This document shows positions 56,706 through 64,000 of a DNA stretch of 64,000 nucleotides, piece after piece; the stretch's first letter is position 1; each line of letters begins with the position of its first letter. Under the pieces are notes generated by a model, which ran no database searches, was not told the DNA's origin, and saw only the letters and a program-made list of their open reading frames with translations. Origin of the DNA: Candidatus Hodarchaeum mangrovi (GTDB lineage Archaea > Asgardarchaeota > Heimdallarchaeia > Hodarchaeales > Hodarchaeaceae); contig JAEOUE010000127.1 in assembly GCA_016839515.1 (NCBI GenBank), positions 1-64,000 on the forward strand, given 5' to 3'. A program made the position numbers and the translations under genes.

Positions 56706-57503
56706 ATGAAGATAATAGCATTTCATTCTTATAAGGGAGGAACTGGAAAAACGCACTTAAGCGCTAATCTAGCAACTATACTAGCTCGAAAGGGTTATAA
56801 AACTGTGATATTAGATCTAGACTTTCGTGGACCAAATCTTCAGACACTATGTGCCATTGATGGTAATATAACAACAATAAATGATTTGTTATTTGATCCT
56901 GACTTAACAGGACAAGATATTCTTGTTTCTTTTGAAGATAAGTTTAAGATTCCTCTTTATGCTGCTTTTGCTTCAACAGATTTTCGAAAAATGGGCGATA
57001 TCGTTAGAGCAGATAAAAAACAACGTCAACGTTCTTTAAAAAGAATTTTACGTCTTCGTGATGAGCTATCAGAAGCTGGTTTTGATTTTGCAATAATTGA
57101 TACCTCTCCTGGTGTTCAAATGGAATCTATTGATGGATTAGTTATATCCGATGTTACTTGCTTAGTCCTTAAAGCTGATGATTTTGATATTACAGGAACC
57201 AAAAGCATGGTGACACAACTATATTCCTTATTGGATAGTAAAAATTACGTTGTTTTAAATAGAGTTGTAGCAGAAACCTGCCCACCTGAACATGGAGAAT
57301 GGAGCCCTTCAGACCTCAAATTAGTTGAATCTTTTGAAAATAAGATCAATGAAGAAATGAGAATGAAGGTTATCACTTCAATCCCTTGTTTCTGTGAAGT
57401 GGCTCGTGAGGGGTCACGAAATATATTTAGTCAAATACATCCAGATCATCCATTCTCTGCACACATTGAAAAATTAGCTGATAGAATCCTAGAAGGACTT
57501 TGA
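56706..57503 (+). CDS. MinD/ParA family ATPase
   Basis: Deviant Walker A HSYKGGTGKT, LDLDFRGP, IIDTSPG, VLNRV. Confidence 0.9.
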   Translation: MKIIAFHSYKGGTGKTHLSANLATILARKGYKTVILDLDFRGPNLQTLCAIDGNITTINDLLFDPDLTGQDILVSFEDKFKIPLYAAFASTDFRKMGDIVRADKKQRQRSLKRILRLRDELSEAGFDFAIIDTSPGVQMESIDGLVISDVTCLVLKADDFDITGTKSMVTQLYSLLDSKNYVVLNRVVAETCPPEHGEWSPSDLKLVESFENKINEEMRMKVITSIPCFCEVAREGSRNIFSQIHPDHPFSAHIEKLADRILEGL

Positions 57504-57530
57504 TTGGGAAGATAAAAAAGGGGAAAAGAG

Positions 57531-58205
57531 TTAAACAAACCTCCCATTGGAAAGACGATACGTTTGATCAGCATATTTATTTAATTCTTCATTGTGGGTG
57601 ACAACAAGAATCGATGTATCTCTTTTTGTAAAACTCTTGAGTAGACGCAATATGGAAGCAGCATTATCAACATCAAGATTCCCAGTGGGTTCATCGGCAA
57701 ATATAATTCGAGGTTTTCCTACTAAAGCTCTTGCAATCCCAATTCGCTGTTGTTCTCCACCACTTAACTCATCTGGATAGTTATCAGCTTTATCCCATAA
57801 TCCTACCTGTTTGAGAAGAGAAATTGCTCGTGTTCGGATTTCTTTTCCTTTTAGTTTCAAGGGGTACAAAGGTGATTCAATGTTTTCTAATGCAGTCAGA
57901 ATACGAACTAATTCCCAATTCTGGAAGATAAACCCAACGTTTCCCTGTCTAAACCTCGAAAGTTTTTCCTCATCCCATTCTGCAATGTTTTCGTCCTCGT
58001 ATAATATTTTTCCAGCTGAAGGTTTATCTAATCCTGATAGAACGTTTAAAAGTGTAGATTTGCCTGAACCAGAGGGTCCCGTAACCATAATTAATTTTCC
58101 TTTAGGAATTTTTAGATCCACATCATTTAGTGCCATAACTACTTCTCTTTTACCTCTAATATACTCTTTTGTTATTTCTTTTGCTTCAATTAACGTCTCA
58201 CTCAT
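57531..58205 (-). CDS. ABC transporter ATP-binding protein (LolD/MacB-like)
   Basis: GPSGSGKST, LSGGEQQR, ADEPTGNLD, VTH. Confidence 0.93.
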   Translation of the reverse strand: MSETLIEAKEITKEYIRGKREVVMALNDVDLKIPKGKLIMVTGPSGSGKSTLLNVLSGLDKPSAGKILYEDENIAEWDEEKLSRFRQGNVGFIFQNWELVRILTALENIESPLYPLKLKGKEIRTRAISLLKQVGLWDKADNYPDELSGGEQQRIGIARALVGKPRIIFADEPTGNLDVDNAASILRLLKSFTKRDTSILVVTHNEELNKYADQTYRLSNGRFV

Positions 58206-58217
58206 TTTTTTCTCACC

Positions 58218-59411
58218 TTATTTCTGACGGAAAAGTTCAATAGGACGTACTGCAAGTGTACGGGTTGTTATTATTACGAATCCAGGAACACACGAAATTA
58301 CTACGGCTAAAAAGGAAAAAAATGCTGTTGGTGACAATATTATCCAGTAGAACCATGATCCAACTCGTCCTAAATAGATAGAGAGCTGAATGGCAAGTAA
58401 TCCAATGATAAATCCAGTTACAGCAACAACTAATATTTCTGTTAAAACGACAGTCCTTACATTCCATTTAGAATAGCCCATTGCTTTAAGCACAGCTACT
58501 TCTCTTCTTCTGAATCGAGTTATTAAATAAGAATAAAGGGTGCTTACCATAAACGTTCCAAACAATCCAAAAATCAAAGATAAAATAGTAAAATTCCTTT
58601 CTCCATCCTTATCAGTTTTCTCTTTAAATATTGGAAAACCGTAAGGACTACCTAGACTATCATAATTATCCGCTAATTGGTCTACGAAATTATAAGTTTG
58701 TCCAGAAAATGCAGATAAGATGTCCCCTTGTGCTACAAATGTAATTGAATGAACATAAATTTCATTATCTGAAAGTGCTAAATTTTGAGGCCCTCTCAAG
58801 CGCTCAAAAGCTTCCTCTGGCATTATTATCCAATGTCTTCCTCCAGTAACCTCGGTATTAGGTATTTTTACAACACCAGATACCTTAATATCAAATTCTG
58901 ACGCATTGGAAATACCGAGCTTAAAGGTCATACCGACAACGGGTTTTATAAAAGCAAAAACTCCTCCTTCAGAATCTCCCATTGGTAGAATTGAATCACT
59001 TGACACTAAAATCTCTGTGGGACTATTAGGAAATCGCCCACTGACTAAATTTGTTGGATTTATAGCCACAAATGCCCATGGATAGTTTTTATTAATACTA
59101 AATATTCTAATATTGGTTCCAAAGTCCACAAATTTGTAATATATTACAGCAGAGGCTCCAGACGTAGTCCTTCCATCCTCTATAGCGAGAGTAGACTCTG
59201 CAGATGCTAAATCTAAATATGAACCCGAGTTAATACGAATTACAACTCCACGATGATCAAGCATTCCTTCACGAGAAAAATTATCAAATGTACCAAGTAA
59301 AAGAACTGTTGCTCCACTCAAAATGCTGAAAACAATGACAAATGTAAAAAAACGCCTTCGAGAACGGGTACTGAATACAATTGATTTCGTGAGTAAGCGA
59401 TATAATCCCAT
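58218..59411 (-). CDS. FtsX/MacB-like ABC permease
   Basis: N-terminal TM, extracellular domain, RRREVAVLKAMG, C-terminal TMs. Confidence 0.9.
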   Translation of the reverse strand: MGLYRLLTKSIVFSTRSRRRFFTFVIVFSILSGATVLLLGTFDNFSREGMLDHRGVVIRINSGSYLDLASAESTLAIEDGRTTSGASAVIYYKFVDFGTNIRIFSINKNYPWAFVAINPTNLVSGRFPNSPTEILVSSDSILPMGDSEGGVFAFIKPVVGMTFKLGISNASEFDIKVSGVVKIPNTEVTGGRHWIIMPEEAFERLRGPQNLALSDNEIYVHSITFVAQGDILSAFSGQTYNFVDQLADNYDSLGSPYGFPIFKEKTDKDGERNFTILSLIFGLFGTFMVSTLYSYLITRFRRREVAVLKAMGYSKWNVRTVVLTEILVVAVTGFIIGLLAIQLSIYLGRVGSWFYWIILSPTAFFSFLAVVISCVPGFVIITTRTLAVRPIELFRQK

Positions 59412-59614
59412 AGTAAATTACTCCATATGTTTAAATTTAATCGTTGAAATTATATTCTAATAGATGAATTTAATTGTAGATTTTAACTTAATTTGTAGTT
59501 TTATAGTCTAATAAGTAAAGGTAATAGAAACTACTTAAAAGGTTGCATATTCATAATTCTACCAATAGTCGTCAAATATATTTTGACTTTATCTTTAAAC
59601 CATGATTCACTTAA

Positions 59615-62488
59615 TTAATTTTGCACAAAATCGACATCTTTGATTTCTTTCTTAGTTTTGAGAATTTCAAAAATAATACCTAGAAGAAACATCCAGAAAA
59701 TGAAGAACCAAATGATCCATTCTTCCAAATGTAAAATTAGGACAGTTTTATCAGGAACAGTAGATAAAGCTGAATAAAGGACTGTAATGAGAATAAAAAT
59801 ATAAGATAGAAGACCCACACCATAGGAAACTATAGAAAATATTCTATTTTTTTTATTTGCATCGTTTTTCATTAATTCAGACATTTTAATTACAAGCAAC
59901 TCATTGAAAACTTCCCGTTCTTTTAAAATAATAGGGAATACAATTGCTAGATAAACAATAGTTCCTAGAATAAGTGTCATGATTAAAATAATTATAACAG
60001 GGTGCTCAACCTGTAGAAACCAGTCCTTTATATCAGTTAGGTTTTCAGGAAGGGTAATAAAAATGATTTCAGTCAAAGAAACACCTCTGATTAAAAAATC
60101 GGAAACAATCTTGATCCATAATCCCGTCAGAATAAAACTAGATACAATAAAACCAATTTTATTAAACAAATTATCGTCAGATTGATCAAACGATGATTTT
60201 AGTTTATAATAATTCTTTGATTCATTTTCTTTGACAACTGTTGCAGAGGAAGCTGAAAAAGGGAGCAATAGGTGGTTCAAAACCAAGAAATAAATTGAAA
60301 AATAAATAATAAATCCCAGATCAGAATAGATTGAAAATGATGGATAGGTGAAAATTAATGAATATAGACTCGTCACCATATAAATTATTGTAATTATCTC
60401 AGCAAAGGTTCTATACCTTTTAAATAAATGGGAATCTCTTATTTCTAAAGTTAAAAGTGTTTTTTCTGAAATCTTTTTTGAATCTAGTGGTTGATCATTG
60501 ATTTCAAACAAAATCCATATGATTGAAGTCACCATAAGGCATAAAAGGGTATTTAAAAACCAATTATTAATGGATAGGGGATTATAGCGAAAAGGAATTA
60601 AGAATAATAAAATATAAAGTAATGAACCGACAACAATTGTTAAAACATTTAGTCCAGGAATAGATGAAACCTCTCTATAGAAAGAAAAAAAAGTATCCCA
60701 GAAATTAAGCAGTGTATTGCGTATTGGATCTGCAATAAATGGGAAAAGCTGAAATCCAGTCCAAAAAACGAATAGAGAAATTAAACATATCTCTAAACAA
60801 ATAAATATCTTTAAAATTATATTGAGATTGATTTCTTTTTGATAATTTTGGAATTTTATTGATAATTTTTGTCGAATTTCGAATAGAGAGAAATAAGGAT
60901 TGAATAATAGTATTAGGAATAAACTAGCAAGAAAAACAATTGGTTCTACTCTTACCAAACTAGAAGCAAAGGTATCTTTCAATCCTAATCCTACAGAAAG
61001 AAAAATTAAATTGAATTGAAAACCCAAAATTTCTCCTCCGTTAAAAATATTTACTGAAAATTCTCCTATTTTGTCAAAACTAATAATTAGCCAACTAAAT
61101 AAGATTTCAAGATGTCCGTTAGCGTCGATAGTACCCCATATAGGATCTAGCATTCCTTCATACGGAGGATAAACTCCAACCCATCCACCAGCAAAATTAA
61201 TAATAAAAGTCAAAGCGCCCAAACAAATTGCGGTTATTTTAATAACTTTTGAATAAATCGGTCGATCCTTTTTTATAAAATCTTTATATTCAAGTAAAAA
61301 GGCTAAGGGAATAATTAATAATGGGATAATTGTAACTAAATGTCGTGGACCATATGCAAGGCCTCCTGTTGGTAAAAAATACTTACTATAAAGTAAAATC
61401 TGAAAGATAGATAATGAAATACATAACAACGCAAGTTCATTCTTTTTATGATAAAATGGAATAAAACCTAAAACCCCAAGCAGTATAATCGGCATGAATG
61501 TAAAAAGTCCATGGTGGGTTGAAAAAAGGAGTATCTGTAATCCTTCAAACATCGAGTTTGCGAAATGTTGATTATTTTTAAAAAATACTGCATAAGAGTA
61601 TGGTGTCGATAAAGGATCCCCAAAACAAATGAAATTGTAAAACAGAATAATTAAACCACAGAGAACGACTGGAATCGTAAAAATTAATATTGGGATTAAA
61701 TAATTACTAATAATTCTCTTCCATTCTTTAATTATTTCATTAATTTTCCATGGAAAAGGTAAAAAAATGTAAATAAAATGAAAGGGAAGAAAAAAAAGAT
61801 AGATATAGTCACAAACAACTATATAACCAGCAAAAAAAGAAGAAAAAATTAATGAAGAACATTTTCCTGTTTGTTTATATTTTGTAGCATAATATAATGT
61901 AAGAACGAGAAACCCAGCTGTTATACCATGAGAAAAGAAGGTTCCAATATATGTATAAAATAAACTGCCTAATGAAAAGAGTAATACCGTATAATTTGCA
62001 TTTTGATGTGAGATCCCTAGCATTTTTAGAAAATCATAGAATTTTATTGCCACAAATGCACCAAATATCAATACACAAAGAATAATGAGAAATTTAACAA
62101 AATCATCTATAATCCAAGGATCCTCACCTGTATTCAATCCAATAATTGTACCAATAAAATCTCCAATCCAATATATAGGAACAGCTAGTAAAGATAGTCC
62201 AGGAGGTTTATCAGAATATATGGTTCCATTAAAAATGGAATAATCTAAGTAACTATATTTATCACGATCTTCAGGTTTAATTGAAAATTCTCCATATTTT
62301 GCTATAGATTTAGTTAGCATAAATCGTGATCCAGGATTAGTATTGGTTACGTCTAAGGTGGCACCAGTAATATATATCAATAGAATGAAAATAAACAACT
62401 TAAAACGAAAGGATCTTCCTAAATGACTAAGTATATCACCTAAACTAGCTGATTTCTTATCTATACCCTTTGAACTACTTGATAACAT
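59615..62488 (-). CDS. Large polytopic GT-C-like glycosyltransferase with extended C-terminal TM region
   Basis: SRF, YSDKPPGLS, YNFICFGDP, GLFTFMP, YGPRHL. Confidence 0.7.
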   Translation of the reverse strand: MLSSSSKGIDKKSASLGDILSHLGRSFRFKLFIFILLIYITGATLDVTNTNPGSRFMLTKSIAKYGEFSIKPEDRDKYSYLDYSIFNGTIYSDKPPGLSLLAVPIYWIGDFIGTIIGLNTGEDPWIIDDFVKFLIILCVLIFGAFVAIKFYDFLKMLGISHQNANYTVLLFSLGSLFYTYIGTFFSHGITAGFLVLTLYYATKYKQTGKCSSLIFSSFFAGYIVVCDYIYLFFLPFHFIYIFLPFPWKINEIIKEWKRIISNYLIPILIFTIPVVLCGLIILFYNFICFGDPLSTPYSYAVFFKNNQHFANSMFEGLQILLFSTHHGLFTFMPIILLGVLGFIPFYHKKNELALLCISLSIFQILLYSKYFLPTGGLAYGPRHLVTIIPLLIIPLAFLLEYKDFIKKDRPIYSKVIKITAICLGALTFIINFAGGWVGVYPPYEGMLDPIWGTIDANGHLEILFSWLIISFDKIGEFSVNIFNGGEILGFQFNLIFLSVGLGLKDTFASSLVRVEPIVFLASLFLILLFNPYFSLFEIRQKLSIKFQNYQKEINLNIILKIFICLEICLISLFVFWTGFQLFPFIADPIRNTLLNFWDTFFSFYREVSSIPGLNVLTIVVGSLLYILLFLIPFRYNPLSINNWFLNTLLCLMVTSIIWILFEINDQPLDSKKISEKTLLTLEIRDSHLFKRYRTFAEIITIIYMVTSLYSLIFTYPSFSIYSDLGFIIYFSIYFLVLNHLLLPFSASSATVVKENESKNYYKLKSSFDQSDDNLFNKIGFIVSSFILTGLWIKIVSDFLIRGVSLTEIIFITLPENLTDIKDWFLQVEHPVIIILIMTLILGTIVYLAIVFPIILKEREVFNELLVIKMSELMKNDANKKNRIFSIVSYGVGLLSYIFILITVLYSALSTVPDKTVLILHLEEWIIWFFIFWMFLLGIIFEILKTKKEIKDVDFVQN

Positions 62489-62584
62489 TTAATGGGCATC
62501 CTATTTATAAGAAAAACAATGAAAACAAAAATATTACAAGCTTTATAAAAATAAATAAGTTGAAATAAAATCTTCATGTCAAAC

Positions 62585-63832
62585 TTAGATTTTTAATGCA
62601 ACAAGAGGTTGCATTCGAGCAACTATTTCTCCTAATCCTAAATCAACAGTTTGAATTACAACAGTTCGACCACGATATGCAAACTGTAACTCTCTAGGTG
62701 TTTCAAACATCAGACTCCCAATACCAGTTCCTAGATCCACTGAAAAATATCGACGCTTATCGACTGTTTCGAAGATTTCAGGAACTGCAATAATATGAGG
62801 GAAAGAATATCCACCTCCATGAGGTAAAATGTTAGCATTTTCTATTCTTTCTTCAATCCCATATTTTCTTGCTCTTTCAGAAAAATTTAAACTTTCCATG
62901 GCTTCCTCAGTAAAATTTGGGATTCCTTTCATCAAATAACAGGGTAAATCGGCTCTCAAGGTTAATGGAAAAAGTTTATTCTCATGAGGATCAAAAACAT
63001 GAGATCCAAGCGCTGTTTCATTTTTATGAACCATTCCTTGATGAGACGAATGTGCAATAACTTGAAAATCGTCTCCAAAGAGAAGTCTCCCAGCTAAATG
63101 TCTTCTTTTTTTCCCAAAATCATCGGCCCATTTATAGAATTGAAAATAATCTTCAGCATCTTGATCAGTTAAATAATTAATTATCCCAAAAGGTGTGTCT
63201 AAAACCTTACACATCTCTTGCAAGATTTTACTTTCAGAAGGATACAAGCCTATAATTTGATTATTATTATCAGACTTTAATTCTGAAGGTGAGGAGTGCA
63301 TCACGAAGGAATATTGGGGAAGATCCATTGATGAACTAACAGCAGGATTAGGTATAATCTCAAAAACATTTATGAAATGATTACCACTTCCAAAATTCCA
63401 ATGGATTGGAATTCCTTCAATTTCTACTTGATTATCTTCCTCGTTCATGTCATGAACAGATTGAATTAGTTCTATCGGATTGGGAACTTCTTCTAAGGAT
63501 CCTAACAACATTCCACAGGCATTTGGCATTGTATCAACAAAAACGATAGGTTCATCTCCTTCTCCCCAAGTTATTTTACCACCATAACCGATTCCATTTC
63601 TCCATCTATTAAGGTTTCTGGTTATAGTGCAATCAGGTGCAGCTATGAAGGTAGTATTAGGATTAAAACCCTCAAATTCCTGTACCAAATGCATCTTTGC
63701 TAGACCATATTGAAAATTTAACTGACAGAGTTTTGAAGCAGAATCATCTAAAGCTGTAGAAAATATAAATTTCTTTGCTCTCGATAATATATCAACTCGA
63801 CTCATTTTGTGAACAGTTTCCATTAAATTCAC
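62585..63832 (-). CDS. Divergent RtcB-like (RNA ligase fold) protein
   Basis: APD, NACG, GSGNHFI, HSS, HQG, PHGGG and terminal PLVALK occur in RtcB order. Confidence 0.7.
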   Translation of the reverse strand: MNLMETVHKMSRVDILSRAKKFIFSTALDDSASKLCQLNFQYGLAKMHLVQEFEGFNPNTTFIAAPDCTITRNLNRWRNGIGYGGKITWGEGDEPIVFVDTMPNACGMLLGSLEEVPNPIELIQSVHDMNEEDNQVEIEGIPIHWNFGSGNHFINVFEIIPNPAVSSSMDLPQYSFVMHSSPSELKSDNNNQIIGLYPSESKILQEMCKVLDTPFGIINYLTDQDAEDYFQFYKWADDFGKKRRHLAGRLLFGDDFQVIAHSSHQGMVHKNETALGSHVFDPHENKLFPLTLRADLPCYLMKGIPNFTEEAMESLNFSERARKYGIEERIENANILPHGGGYSFPHIIAVPEIFETVDKRRYFSVDLGTGIGSLMFETPRELQFAYRGRTVVIQTVDLGLGEIVARMQPLVALKI

Positions 63833-64000
63833 CAGTAATAAAGAGATATAAAGCTATAAATTAAATCCATATATAACTATAATAAAGATAACAACCTAAA
63901 TAACAATCCTGCAAAATACTTCTACAAATTAATATAAAAATTCAATGATTCGTCAGAAGCTATCTAAAAAAATCTAAAGGGAAAATATATGTATATATTG

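Noticed and set aside
8692-60185. Numerous antisense or nested ORFs (e.g. 8692-9057, 19485-20093, 53388-53702, 57811-58227)
   Set aside because: They lie within well-supported genes, mostly on the opposite strand, and carry no recognisable motifs.

Overview
AT-rich archaeal chromosome segment. Archaeal RadA, TATA-box promoters, a thiolase-DUF35 pair and a giant Ig-like surface protein support this; an Asgard/Heimdallarchaeia-like origin is my inference only. (1) 1-20.3 kb: anaerobic aromatic-acid degradation island with Bzd-type benzoyl-CoA reductase subunits (bzdO partial, bzdN), a tungsten AOR module, the dch-had-oah ring-opening genes, two thiolases, a DUF35-SDR fusion and beta-oxidation enzymes. 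(2) 20.5-25.2 kb: tmk, parvulin and a GT-C glycosyltransferase. (3) About 25.3-50.3 kb, the most notable part: a dense DNA-transaction locus. A RadA is transcribed divergently from an operon that joins a 1597-aa surface protein to two RecA-fold paralogues. Around them lie a Walker-degenerate HerA/VirB4-like protein, an XPD helicase, a Hef-like protein with both catalytic modules eroded, Cas4-like, MmcB-like and GIY-YIG nuclease folds, a TPR-DUF1998 helicase and unknown membrane proteins. Several of these genes share an atypical T-tract-GA-TATATAAA promoter motif. This is the best candidate for an undescribed system (cell-surface-coupled DNA uptake/exchange and recombination). (4) 50.5-64 kb: a luxE-luxC pair without luciferase, HEAT and HTH proteins, a wHTH-MinD/ParA module, an ABC transporter, a second GT-C protein and a divergent RtcB-like protein. 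No tRNA, rRNA, CRISPR array, integrase or transposase was recognised. All family calls come from reading motifs by eye; no database search was run.
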